In this document: in pieces, positions 1 to 13,344 of the stretch
Position numbering within the stretch: position 1 is the stretch's first letter
How the letters are laid out: every line of letters starts with the position of its first letter
NCBI RefSeq assembly: GCF_006345805.1
Contig: NC_043005.1
Span: 103,044,001 to 103,108,000, forward strand
Reading direction: 5' to 3'
DNA length: 64,000 bases
From: Octopus sinensis
Lineage: Eukaryota
The notes under the pieces: generated by a model
Told to the model about the DNA's origin: nothing
Database searches by the model: none
What the model saw: only the letters and a program-made list of their open reading frames with translations
Made by a program: the position numbers and the translations under genes

Positions 1-149
1 GCGTGTTGTTCTTGTTAGGCATAATCTGAGAGCTGAACGGTATCTTTCCTTTCACACTTTTCAAGCAATCCATCAACGGTCTGCCAACACGAATACGATT
101 TCTGCCACCACCAACAACCTTTGTCAACTTAACAACAAGATCAAGGTGG

Positions 150-210
150 GCCCTGATTGGCTATATGCAAATGAGTTAATTACTACGGTCCGGAACTTTT
201 GCGGGAAAAA
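150..210 (+). promoter_or_regulatory. Candidate Pol II promoter/enhancer motif cluster (CCAAT, octamer, ETS-like, E2F-like)
   Basis: ATTGG (inverted CCAAT) 156-160, ATGCAAAT octamer 165-172, CCGGAA 190-195 and GCGGGAAA (reverse complement TTTCCCGC, E2F consensus) 201-208, in non-repetitive sequence. A GTAAGT donor-like site follows at 609-614. No transcript evidence. Confidence 0.35.
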
Positions 211-1588
211 ATTCGCCTCCGCATGTGTTTTAAGCAATGAAGCGCAGAACTGTGGTGTCTTTCACAATCTCATTGCTAGATTCAAGAAGAAAAAAAAGCT
301 ATTTTGATACCGGAGACTAGTAAGAATCCTTAAAGCGGAGTAGAGGTAGTTACAGACTGTCAAGGATCAGTTGATGCTTCCAAAGTGTGCGAAGATTTAA
401 AGAGTTTTGGTTTCTCAGTCTAATAACAGTTTTATTTCTTGCGAAACTACAATTACATTATTTATTTACTTTGGTTTAGTTGTGAAGAAAGGGACATGAT
501 CATTGTGTTGGCAGTACTCCACAAGCCTGGAGGTCGATGTGAATAACTTACATTTCGATCAGTTGTTAATCGCAAATTGTAGGAAAAACATGTGTGAGAA
601 GAGGATTTGTAAGTCCCGTCGTTCTGATAGGATAAGGACTTGGCGATTAGTGTGAAGCCTGAGAGAGAATGACTCATTGCAAGGTTTGGCGTGAGGTCTG
701 AGTATGCAATAATATGAGGACGCGAGTAGTGATATCAGTGAGTGTGGACGTACTTTGATGAGCGGCAGGCGCTTTTGTAAGAACAGAAAAAAGCACGGGG
801 AGAAAACAGTATGTGTGTGGACCAGAGATTTTTATGTGCAAGGACACAGTTTCCTGAAAATCCGTCAAGTAAACTTACAGTATATGTGGCCTCAAAGGTT
901 TTTGACTATGTTACACCAACTACATCTCCGAAGTGTGCTCATTATCCATACAGGAACACATCGCACCCCACACACACATAGACATATATTTTTATGTCAT
1001 TATGTTGGTGGTGATGATGATTGGACATGTTATCATTCTTTATAGAAAGCTCTAACGACATAGCTATCCTGTTCTTAACCCTAACCACAGTTCTATCTCT
1101 AAACATAAATCTAAAGCAGGTTGGTGGATTTTTGTAATAAAATATCTGCTGTCTGATGTTTGTAGCATTTATAGTAACTGAAAAAAAATCATGGAGAAAT
1201 CTATTTTTCCATTCAGTAGACAGGAAATGATTATGAATTGATGGTTTTCAAAATAGACATGAAACTTTCATTTTATTCTAGGACACAGTTTTACGCGTTT
1301 TTTACTGTTATTTTTTTGTTTTATTTTATGTATGTGGACGGCAATAAAATCTCTTGAAGTTGGCACAAATTCTCATCAGAGTTCCTTAATATAATGTTCC
1401 TTTTCATTCTTCTGAAATAAATTAAATTATCCGTCATATGCTAAGGTCGGACTCATCAACTATTGTCTCTCCTCATATTACAGATGTGTGAGTGTGTGTG
1501 GCCGCATGTATATTTGCGTAAATACTCAGACAGACATAAATATCAATATATACACACGCTCTTACACAGACACACACGTACTCATGTG

Positions 1589-1639
<51 letters not shown>

Positions 1640-1647
1640 ATATATAC

Positions 1648-1687
<40 letters not shown>

Positions 1688-1892
1688 TATATATACACAC
1701 ATATTTGTGTATGTATGTGTATGTATATATATATATATATATATATGTATGAGTATATATGCATATATATGCATATATATATATATATGTTTGTATATAT
1801 ATATACATTATGTGTATATATATGTATATATATATATGATATATATATATATATATATATACGTATATATATATATATATATATAATATATA

Positions 1893-1949
<57 letters not shown>

Positions 1950-1950
1950 T
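1589..1950. repeat. Compound microsatellite (TC)n(TA)n(CA)n
   Basis: Read directly. Representative of dozens of similar tracts, e.g. 2820-3195, 10340-10650, 36920-37165, 47960-48500, 49870-50140, 50520-50980, 51190-51490. Confidence 0.97.
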
Positions 1951-3037
1951 ACAAATAATAACTATGAATCAACAAACCAGTAAGGTTTGAACATGCAGCC
2001 GATTGGTTCTTATGCCATAAAAATCGCAGACAGACATTATTATTAGTATAATTCATACAAATTGTGATGGATATTTTATGGCTATATAACAGTTAATATG
2101 CGTAACTAAATTATGCCACTCGATATTTATCATACACAAATGGCGCATATTTATATATCCTCTATTCAGTTTATGTCTTCGAATAAATTCTATTGTAATT
2201 TCCTTATCTCGTTGAAAATGTGATATCAAATTGTGGTGGGATGTGGTGATGTATTTTGCAAGTCAGACTATACAACTCACACAGAAGAACACGCATTCAA
2301 ATAGAATATATACATTCACATCTACACTCATACATGCAATAATTTTCACGACCATACGCATACGTAGTAAAACAGAAATATATGTATGCAGATGTATATG
2401 TATCGAATAGATATTTACAGGTAGAACATAATCAGATATTTATTTACGAGCCAAATTTCAACAGAAACACACAGGCACGCGTACATATTACACTATAACA
2501 CGTATAATCAAAAAAAGATATACACATATCCACTGTATCCTATTCTTTACGTTCTGATTATAAAACCACACCGTTCGTCTACAAGCACTGGCATACACAG
2601 ATATTGAAATTTGAAACCAAAAGAAAAGTGATACTATTGCAATTTACATTACAGAGATACACAAACAATACTGAAATACGCAGATAATTATCTCTTTCTG
2701 ACACTCCTTTCCCCATCATTCTCTATCTTACTTCTCTTACTGTGGGTATCTGTATGTATTTATATATGAATACACAAAAACATACACATACATAAATACA
2801 TACATATCTAAGTATATCTATCTACTTATGCTATATATACATACACACTCACACACACACACACACGGACACACACACACACATACACACACACATATAT
2901 ATATATTCTATATATGCATATATGTATATATATATATATATACATATATTTATACATATACATAATAACTATCTATATATTTCCATCTACATACTATATA
3001 TATATACATATATATATACACACATATATATATGTAT

Positions 3038-3071
<34 letters not shown>

Positions 3072-3158
3072 ACATATATATATATATTTATATGTATAGG
3101 TAGATAGATAGATAGATATACGTACCTAGATACATATATGCATATGTATATATATATA

Positions 3159-3192
<34 letters not shown>

Positions 3193-3785
3193 ATGTAGCC
3201 ATGAATATGCAGGTGTGTGCAATATATTTATGGACACGTGTATGTAAGCATATTTTATAAATCTGAGTCTATTAGATTTGTAGATTTATGGTGTTGATGA
3301 ATGGTGTTGATTTATGGTGTTGTTGAAAATATTTCGTTAAAGAATAACGATATCCATCTTTAATAGATAATTTAATGTGGACAAAGGTTTCAGAATATTT
3401 TGTTTTTCGTTGATTTAATTCGATTACCTTGCAATGTGCTTTCAATTGAAATAAAGTTGCGTTGCTATACCACTGGATATGCCACAAAAGTATGCTAAAA
3501 AAAAAAGAAGAAATTTTCATATCTCCACAATAAACATATTTGTATTTTTAAGCAAGGTGTTGGATAACAAAGGGATGTGACTTGCTATCCATCTGAATAC
3601 ACCGGCATAACACCTGAGACGAAGAGATGAAGAAAACAAGAAAATGAAGTTGGAGATGAAGAAGAAATTTCCTTTTGTTCATACATTGTAAGAACGGTTT
3701 ACTGTACTCACACAGACGCACACGTGCTCACTTATACATACATATATACACATGGTTATGTGTATAAATATATATATATATATGT

Positions 3786-4013
3786 TTTCTTATTGCCCAC
3801 AAGGGGCTAGACATAGAGGAGACAAACAAAGACAGACAAACGAATTAAGTCGATTACAACGACCCCAGTGTGTAACTGGTACTTAATTTATCGACCCCGA
3901 AAGGATGAAAGGCAAAGTCGACCTCGGCGGAATTTGAACTCAGAATGCAACGGCGGACGAAATACCGCAAAGCATTTCGCCCGGCGTGCTAACGATTCTG
4001 CCAGCTCGCCGCC
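3786..4013 (-). mobile_element. tRNA-derived SINE, family A, full length
   Basis: The minus strand reads GGCGGCGAGCTGGCAGAATCGTTAGC (A-box-like), then GAGTTCAAATTCC (B-box-like), then the central block GCCTTTCATCCTTTCGGGGTCGATAAATTAAGTACCAG, then the tail CCCCTTGTGGGCAATAAG. More than 12 copies in the window. The central block resembles the Meta/MESC SINE domain (from memory, not checked). Confidence 0.9.
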
Positions 4014-4015
4014 TT

Positions 4016-4057
<42 letters not shown>

Positions 4058-5043
4058 TCTGTAATTTTTTAAGAAAAAATTATTAACAGTAACTTCGAAT
4101 ATTCAACCAACTAGCCCACCATTGGACTATGGTACATTTGTGTTCATTTTGGTGTTATATAGTCTGTGTTAAACTAAATTTATCGACTGGAGGCTGACGT
4201 CTATTGAATGCTAATTAGAGTGTAGGGGTAAGTTTAATGCGGAGGTGTTCTTTTAAATTAAATTCTGGATTGATTGTAGTGACTGCATATGTATTTCAGT
4301 ACGTTACGTTTTAGATCATGGGATATTTTTGTAGGAGTTCACAAAAGTACGTGAGTACCTACAATTGGTATGATGCCCAAAATATGTTTGACTCAGCTTA
4401 TTTGTTGTCTTTATTTGGATATTTATGGGAAATTTAATATTTTGCTTTGAGAGTGTGAATTCTGAAGTTCAGAGTTCATTCCAGCATTTAAACCTAATGT
4501 ATGTAATTTCATGTTTTTTGTGGTTTTTTCTTTTACGTGTGTCATCTTTTACATAACGAAGCTAAGAATGCAAGTAATTCAGTTGGTCACCAGACTGCTT
4601 TACTCGTTGTTGGTGTTATTGATAGGATATTTCACCTGTTTATATTCTTTTCTATTTTAAGCACAAGACCCGAAATTTGTGGGGTGGGGACCCAGTATAT
4701 TAGATCGACCTCAATACGCAACTGGTAATTAATTTATCAACCTCGAAAGGATGAAAGCCTAAATCGACCTCCGCTGAATTTGAACTCGGAACGTAAAGAC
4801 AGACGAAATACCTATTTCATTACAACCCACAAGGGGCTAAACACAGAGAGTACAAACAAGGAAAGACAAGCGGATTAAGTTGATTATATCGACCCCAGTG
4901 CGTAACTGGTACTTATTTAATCAACCCCGAAGGATGAAGGCAAAGTCGACCTCGGCGGAATTTGAACTCAGAATGCAACGGCGGACGAAATACCGCAAAG
5001 CATTTCGCCCGGCGTGCTAACGATTCTGCCAGCTCGCCGCCTT

Positions 5044-5103
<60 letters not shown>

Positions 5104-6005
5104 TCTGTAATTTTTTAAGAAAAAATTATTAACAGTAACTTCGAATATTCAACCAACTAGCCCACCATTGGACTATGGTACATTTGTGTTCATTTTGGTG
5201 TTATATAGTCTGTGTTAAACTAAATTTATCGACTGGAGGCTGACGTCTATTGAATGCTAATTAGAGTGTAGGGGTAAGTTTAATGCGGAGGTGTTCTTTT
5301 AAATTAAATTCTGGATTGATTGTAGTGACTGCATATGTATTTCAGTACGTTACGTTTTAGATCATGGGATATTTTTGTAGGAGTTCACAAAAGTACGTGA
5401 GTACCTACAATTGGTATGATGCCCAAAATATGTTTGACTCAGCTTATTTGTTGTCTTTATTTGGATATTTATGGGAAATTTAATATTTTGCTTTGAGAGT
5501 GTGAATTCTGAAGTTCAGAGTTCATTCCAGCATTTAAACCTAATGTATGTAATTTCATGTTTTTTGTGGTTTTTTCTTTTACGTGTGTCATCTTTTACAT
5601 AACGAAGCTAAGAATGCAAGTAAATTCAGTTGGTCACCAGACTGCTTTACTCGTTGTTGGTGTTATTGATAGGATATTTCACCTGTTTATATTCTTTTCT
5701 ATTTTAAGCACAAGACCCGAAATTTGTGGGGTGGGGACCCAGTATATTAGATCGACCTCAATACGCAACTGGTAATTAATTTATCAACCTCGAAAGGATG
5801 AAAGCCTAAATCGACCTCCGCTGAATTTGAACTCGGAACGTAAAGACAGACGAAATACCTATTTCATTACAACCCACAAGGGGCTAAACACAGAGAGTAC
5901 AAACAAGGAAAGACAAGCGGATTAAGTTGATTATATCGACCCCAGTGCGTAACTGGTACTTATTTAATCAACCCCGAAAGGATGAAGGCAAAGTCAACCT
6001 CGGCG
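3930..6005. repeat. ~1.04-kb tandem duplication bounded by family A SINEs
   Basis: Unique sequence 4071-4640 recurs near-identically at an offset of about 1046 (e.g. GCTAAGAATGCAAGT at 4561 and 5607). Confidence 0.9.
4645..5041 (-). mobile_element. Family A SINE dimer
   Basis: Two family A units are joined at AGACGAAATACC|TATTTC (~4810). Head GCCAGCTCGCCGCC ends at 5041. Confidence 0.85.
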
Positions 6006-6259
6006 GAATTTGACCGAAACGCTAGACGAAATACCTATTTCTTTACTACCCACAACGGGCTTAACACAGAGAGGACAAATAAGGACAGACAAATGGATTA
6101 AGTCAATTACATCGACCCCAGTGCGTAACTGGTACTTATTTAATCGACCCCGAAAGGATGAAAGGCAAAGTCGACCTCGACGGAATCAGAACATAGCGAC
6201 AGACGAAATGCCGCTAAGCGTTTCGCCCGGCATGCTAACGTCTTTGCCAGCTCGCCGCC
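5695..6259 (-). mobile_element. Family A SINE multimer (three units)
   Basis: The central block and tail recur three times, with junctions at ~5857 and ~6035. The head ends at 6259. Confidence 0.85.
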
Positions 6260-7294
6260 TTTCACCTGTTTATATTGGAATGGTGGAGGTTACCAGGTAA
6301 GCATGTCATGGTGTTGTTCATATGGAAATTGGTTAAAATGTTGTTGGTCAGCATCTTTCTCTATAGGAGTTCATTATTTTAGAAAGTTCTGTAATTGCCA
6401 TGTAGAAATATTTACTTTCGTATTTTATGAAGGTGAAGTTGTGAGCTTTTGTTTGTTTAAATATTATTTCTATTCGCTTACTAGTGTGGGTATTTAATAT
6501 TAGTTTTGACTTGTGAACGTATGCTAAGGTGTGCCTGGTAAAATGTGTGCATATACATATGTATAAAATCTAGAAATTCAAATGAAAATAATGCTAAAAA
6601 TGAATAGATTAGTATAAAAAATTCTCATTTACGTTTGTCCTCTATCCTCTTTGCATATATACATATATATTCGTGTATGTCGGTTTGTGCAAGTATATAG
6701 TGGGAATCCTGCTTGATAATTCGAGAACTTTTAGATAATTTTGCACAATCTTTTAGACTAAAACGGCAACATTAATTTTTATGAGTATTCTTTATTTACA
6801 TAGATGAACAATTTCTGAGTAAGAACAGCGGCAAAGTTTATCATAAAATTTTCTACAACACATCCCTCACCACTTACACTGTAACCTATTATTAAACAGA
6901 GTTCAGCTAATTCTAGAGAACTTTAGCTAAACAGAGACTATAGGAAGCCGAGATAAGCTCAAATATACCACAGCCCGATAATGGTTTCGTTGCATGAAAC
7001 TGCCAAATCACTCTTAATATTTTTCTTGTTAAAAGATAATCAAATTCAACTCTGCCTAATGTGTTGAGTAAGCTCGCTGTTCAATGGGAAATTGTTTATA
7101 TTATAACAAGAAACTTATACTATTGAATATATGATAGACCCTCCCGTCGAAGAGGATGTATGAGCGTTCAGGAAAGTTTTTTAAAAGAATATTTGTAGTG
7201 TTCAAATACAAGTAGCAATTTTCCTTGTTTCTGCCTTTCTCTGTCTCTCTTGTTTACTCTTGTGGGTTCGAGGTCGTTGTGAATTCTTGGTAGT

Positions 7295-7460
7295 GAAGAA
7301 GAAGAAGAAGAAGAAGAAGATGATGAAGACGAAGAAGAAGAAGAAGAAGAAGAAGAAGAAGGAGAAGAAGAAGAAGAAGAAGAAGAAGAAGAAGAAGAAG
7401 AAAAGAAGAAGAAGAGAAGAAGAAGAAGAAGAAAGATAAGGAGGAGGAGGAGAAGGGGAG
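7295..7460. repeat. (GAA)n/(GAG)n trinucleotide tract
   Basis: Read directly. It explains the poly-Ser/poly-Leu ORF 7168-7488. Confidence 0.95.
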
Positions 7461-7755
7461 GAAGTAGACGAAAATTTTGGAGTGCCATGATTGTAGTATT
7501 TTGAATGGTCAGTGGAGGTTAGCAGTTGCAGTTCATTTCATGAAAATATTTCTATTGAATGTTTTGTTTATGGAATTTGCGTAGGTGTTATACTAAAAAG
7601 CATTAGTGATAAAGTTAGGAAGGGGAAGGAAGAAGAAGAAGAAGAAGAAGAAGATGATGATGATGTAGAACAAGAAGATGAAGGAGATAGACACACACAC
7701 ACACACATATATACATATGCATATACATATTGATATACATACATACGAATATACG

Positions 7756-7819
<64 letters not shown>

Positions 7820-7834
7820 ATGTGCATATATCAT

Positions 7835-8150
7835 GAAGGCGCATGGCTCAGTCGTTAGAGCGTCGAGCTTACGATCATGAGTTTGTGAGTTCGAATCCCG
7901 GACCATACTGCATGTTGTATTCTTGAGCAAGATATTTTATTTCACGTTGCTCCAGTTTACTCAGCTGTAGAAATGAGAGTTGCGACTTCACAGCTGCCTT
8001 CCCCTTGGATAACACTGGTAGGGTGGAGAGGGATGTCCGTTATGCATGGGAGATTGCTGGTCTTCCATAAACAACCTTGCCCAGACTTGTACATCGGAGG
8101 GTAACTTTCTAGGTGCAATCCCATGGTTAGTTATGACCGAAGGGGTTCTC
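7835..8150 (+). mobile_element. tRNA-derived SINE, family B (CORE-like centre)
   Basis: A-box TGGCTCAGTCG and B-box GAGTTCGAATCC, then TTCTTGAGCAAG..TTTCACGTTGCTCCAGTTTACTCAGCTGTAGAAATG, which is shared with the copy at 20845-21095. Confidence 0.8.
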
Positions 8151-8161
8151 AGATATATCAT

Positions 8162-8215
<54 letters not shown>

Positions 8216-8590
8216 TATCATTAACTGGAGACGATGCCTCCTGAGGCTGAACAACAGTAGCATTCGTCCCAAACCGGACTCTCACATTAGGCTGGCAAAA
8301 ACTCGTTACGAATATCACACGTCGAGAGATTTAGGAGCAGCAATGTCTCTATTTATTAGATCAGTGATGTGTGTTACATAGAAAATCATATATATTTTCG
8401 AACGGGTTTTTAGCAGCGTGATCTCAGCCACAGTGTTATCCTATGCCGACGAAGAGAAAGAACCCTGAAACTGTACGCTCCACACACATACTGCTTTGGT
8501 TTGGGTAGGAGTGCTAAGCTCTCCTGTTCGAAAATATAAGGATACAGATCATGTTTTGTATAGCCAGCTTAAGACAATGTCCTCTAAGCC

Positions 8591-8678
<88 letters not shown>

Positions 8679-8692
8679 CCTACCTATCTATC

Positions 8693-9568
8693 TACCTGCC
8701 CGAGATGCGGTCAGAGCGACGAAACCGTTCTGCACGCACTCGTGCAGTGTCCAACAATTTCCGACCTGTGGGCTTGTGTTGAACAACTGCTGTCACGTGT
8801 GGGACGAGTCGGTTTATCAGCTGAGTCTATCGTCAATATTGTCACGCCTCCTTCCTTCAAACGGGAAGGAAGAGCTATTTTCATCCTCCTTGTAGCTATG
8901 GCGAAAGGATGTATCTAGTGGACGCGTCTGAAAGGATTGGAGACAAACACTTTCCTCTCTGGTCAATCTCTCATCAACTTCTTCAAGTACCACTTGAAAA
9001 GGAAAGTGAGAGTAGAGAGGCAAGTTTTGTCTAGCGAATGTTTTAAAAAAAGATGGGTGAATGTAGTAAGGATGGCACGTATGAATGACAAAGCCACCTT
9101 GAGCATAATCCTATGAACCCAGAAATTGAAAACAGAGGGTTACCCACTTGCGAACAAATGTGGTAACATATAACAATATTGACCAAAGTTACCGTGGTCT
9201 TTTTCGTAGGCTTTTCTTCCCACGGATAAACCTTACTTGCTTTCCCCTTTACACCATATATCATAACACTGTGATACACGATCCCTATTGATCGTTCTTT
9301 TTTTTCCTCTTCCCCTTTTTTTCCCCTTTTTTCTTCTTTTTTCATTTCTCTTTTCCTTTTCTTTTTTTTATTCTTTTTATTTTTTATTTTTTTTTTTTAA
9401 TTTTTTTTTGTTCTTTTCTTCCCTTTTACGATCCTTCTTGATCGAAAAACCTACGCCACCCCCTTTGTTTTTTTTCTTTTATTTTTTGTTTTTTCATCCC
9501 CCAAAAGAAAAGCTCTACCTTGTAACTTGTCCCATCTGTGTGCAGCCCTGTGTGGCCAATAAAGAAAC
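8693..9568 (+). mobile_element. 5'-truncated Tx1/L1-clade LINE 3' end (ORF2 CCHC zinc knuckle, 3' UTR, polyA signal)
   Basis: Frame 8697-9116 reads CPRCGQSDETVLHALVQCPTISDLW..., a C-x2-C...H-x4-C motif typical of L1/Tx1 ORF2 C-termini. One premature TAG at 8916, after which the frame stays open to TGA 9114-9116. T-rich UTR and AATAAA at 9558-9563. (TATC)n tracts lie on both sides. Confidence 0.85.
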
Positions 9569-10491
9569 TTATATATCTATCTATTTTTCTATCTATCTGT
9601 CTGTCTATCTATCTATCTGTCTATCTATCTGTCTATCTATCTCTCTGTCTATCTATTTATATCTTTCTCTATCTATATGTCTGTCTATCTGTCTGTCTAT
9701 CCATCTGTCTATCTACCCGTCTATCTATCTATGTATCTGGCTGTCTGTCTATGTATTTAGCTACTTATACACATATACATTTGTACGTGTGTATGTATGT
9801 GTGCATGTATGTGTGTTTGCCTATATGTATATGTGTGTATATGTGTATATATGTATATCAATATGAATCTGTGTTTTTCCTCACCGATACTTGGGGTCCG
9901 GTGAGGGACAAATCCCAAAATATAATTACATATTATTTCGCAATTTTTCCCTCGTGATGTTATTCCCGTCAATAACTTTGAACCCTGTGTGTTATGGAAT
10001 GTGGTGTGTGTGTGTGTGTGAGAGATCTTTTGTGTTAGTGTGTTTGTGAGTGAGTCTGTGTGTGTATAGAATGACGTAAAGTTTAGACAGAATGTCTACG
10101 AGTTTAATTATTGAAAGAACATTTCATATTTCAGACGCTAATGGTGCTAAGATTTATCTCAGACTAATCTCCTGAAACACAGTGTGTGATTGGGAAACCA
10201 TTTTGCCGTTTGCACTCTATTAGCGCTCGAAGCTATGAAACATTATCGATTCTACGCTGTGAACATCTTATAGGTAAGCTATATATTAGAGTGGGTCGGA
10301 TTGAAACGATGGTTATCTTAATTGATCATATTCTATACATACATACATACGTACGTACATACATACATACATACATACATACAAGCATACAAACATATGT
10401 ATGTGTGTTGTGCGTGCGTGTAATATATATATAATATACTATATATATATATTATATATATTAATATTATATCAATTATATTATATTACGT

Positions 10492-10523
<32 letters not shown>

Positions 10524-10545
10524 TATATATATATATATATTATAT

Positions 10546-10591
<46 letters not shown>

Positions 10592-11187
10592 TTTATATGT
10601 ATATATACATATATGCAGTATGTATATCTATATACTATATAAATGTTTTGTGTACGTAGTGTGTAATGTGTAATAGAATGAACATATGTACATAAAAATA
10701 ATGAATTGTTCACGATAATATTAAAAGGTGCTCTTGTTTTAATGAGGAATCTTTAATTGTGCTTGGTAAACGCTTACACACTTTATATGTCCAACCACGC
10801 TTACACAATGGGTGTGAATCGGTAGTTTTAAATGTATATCCTTGTACTCTCAGCTAAAAATCGTTTGACCCAATTACTTTATATTTGACCCAGAGCTATC
10901 AAAGGTCTTCTCGTTTAGAGTGAATTTTAATCCAGTTAAGAAAGCAGAAAAGCTACAGCGACAAAAGGTGAAGTCCACACTAAAATCTATAATGCCATTA
11001 GTGTAATATTTGTAGTTATTGTTATTGTATTTTTAACTTTAAAGGAATGGGGTGTGGTTGAATCTTTAATCTTTGAGCACTAATGGTATTTATCACGGTG
11101 TTTATATTTCGAGTTCAAATCTTGAGAAGATCAAGATTTTGTCGTTCTGTGATCGAGAAATCAAACAGCTGTCTTCTACTTGATTCG

Positions 11188-11619
11188 GGATCTTTTCGGT
11201 TCGAACGGCAGTTTTTAACATAATTTCTAGGTAACTAAAATTTTAAACTTCGTATACTGGTAGATTTTGGTTATAAAACATCTTTTTCTCTTGGCTTTAT
11301 TGAGAAAATGCTTTAGTTTGTAAGATATTTGTTGTTTTTTTATTCTTCAATTTCTGCAATTTCAACCAATCGATGACGTCCATTGATGTAAAAAACATTC
11401 TGTGCCGTATGAATATGTCCCTCGTTTAAGAAACAGATTGGGTTTATTTACATTTGTGAAGAAAAAAAGACACCCTTCCCCCCACCACTAACCCTAACCC
11501 TAACTAACCCTAACCCTAAAACACATTGAAATGCAATAGATCGATACTAGGGTCAAAATTATGGGTGACAATTTCATATGACACCGCTAGAAAAACTGCC
11601 GTTCAAACCGAAAAGATCC
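11188..11619 (+). mobile_element. MITE with GGATC termini and 8-bp TSD (copy 1)
   Basis: ~29-bp TIR GGATCTTTTCGGTT(C/T)GAACGGCAGTTTTT. TSD TTGATTCG at 11180-11187 and 11620-11627. Internal (TAACCC)n at 11488-11519. Confidence 0.9.
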
Positions 11620-12278
11620 TTGATTCGATTCTACCTTTTGTCTCCCAAATATATTCACATGAGCCTTATTAGAAAGAAGCTATAATAAATCTAATGAACG
11701 CCCGTGAATTGGTGGTATTGAGAGACTTACAGTATTTCCTCTCAATTGTTTAAGTCCTGAGTTCAAAATTATTAACATTGCTCCGAATCACTTCGAAGTC
11801 CTCAACAAAATATTTATGAAAAAACAGGAAGACGTAAATGAATACGATTATGTTGTACTGAGCCACTGAATGAAATATATATTATTAACATTTTAAGTTG
11901 TGTTATTATACTTTGTTGTATAATTCTTTGAATATAATGATTGTAAATATTATATGACCTATAATTATAAAATCACGAATCATTGGAGAGATACTTAGAA
12001 ATAATGTATTTATGATAATTATACTAAATCTAAAGTGGTCTGTTTCAAAAAAGTTAAGAATACAGGAAGTAAACATGAGATGGTTAGATTTGTCTAAATG
12101 GACAGTAAGACACTTCACCGCACACACCTACATACACACGCCTACACTTCATCAGATACAGGTATATATAACCATATACGACACCCTCGCAAACATACAC
12201 ATACAGAATTATATATATATATGCATGTTCCCATATGAATGCATAGGAACATAAACAAACTCGCTTTTACACAGCTTA

Positions 12279-12504
12279 CTTTATAGCGCAATTTATGCAC
12301 AAATGCGTTGTTGGTTTTATGTTCCCTACAGCTCAATCACTTTTTCACTGTAAGTCTTGCAGGGTTTCACAAGATAATACTTATTAATCACATTAAACTC
12401 TGTGAAGAATAGAGTTTATGCCGTTGTTGACATTCAATGGCATTAAAAGCCTTCGTACGCGCAAGTACATGACGTAAATATACTAAATACATATATGTAC
12501 GTAT
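12279..12504. repeat. 226-bp dispersed duplicate (second copy 16871-17096)
   Basis: Both copies begin CTTTATAGCGCAATTTATGCACAAATG and end ACATATATGTACGTAT, with few mismatches. Confidence 0.9.
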
Positions 12505-13344
12505 TTGTGTGTTTGCATGTGTGCGTGTGCATGTGTGCGCTTGCGTGTGTATGTATATATATATATATATATATATATAATAATAAAAAATAGGACAAGA
12601 ACGCAAAACATCTAGATAGACGATACAAAAAAAAAACAAGGACGGGTCATTTGAAGCCTTTTATCCTCAGTCGAGCACCAGATTATCGTCGCAATTTCGG
12701 CTGATTAATCTTGAGATTGCTCTAATCTGGCCAGCCCAAGGAAAAACTAAGCTAAGAGCATTAGATTCCTTGGATGAAAGCAGTGAATGTATACAAAAAC
12801 AAGGACGGGAAAAACGGACATATTTACACAAATAAATACAATAATAAATATAATAGAATTAATAACAGGATATAACAACAGGTACCTTTCGACTAAGGAC
12901 GAATTGAATTAAGCTGGCACGTGTGGAAATGAAGCCATATACTCTATATACTATGAGAAATACTCATCATTGACTGGGTTAAAAAAAAGCTACGGAAATT
13001 GTACACTGAATATTGAAAGTTATTCATTTAGATTGTATTGAACATATATAAGAAATGGCTGTTAACTTTCGTGTAGACGACTGAGTCGTTTCCTTCTGGC
13101 CAATATCATCATGGGTGCATAAAAACTTCTGATCTATGATCTCTAGTATTTCTGTCTATAAATGAAGCAAACATCGCGCAAACTTTGGCTTGTGTGTAGT
13201 ACAAGGTTAACGAAATAAAAATTAGGGAAACTGAAAATATTTGTACTATAATTTAGTGAACATAAATATTACAACAAAGAAAAACTAAAATAACAGGGAG
13301 AAAAGGACTGAAAAACAAAAATGCATGCGAGAGTGAGAAAGCCA

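Noticed and set aside
6290-6500. Possible Penelope-like RT N-terminal relic on the minus strand
   Set aside because: Only a loose resemblance (YFYMAITEL versus FYPSITE) amid multiple stops, which is insufficient.
11488-11519. (TAACCC)n as a telomere or fusion scar
   Set aside because: It is short and lies inside a TSD-flanked MITE whose second copy has the homologous segment.
12640-12680. Minus-strand CTGAGGA in a PLE-tail-like repeat
   Set aside because: Stem II and GAAA are not recoverable. At most a heavily decayed relic.
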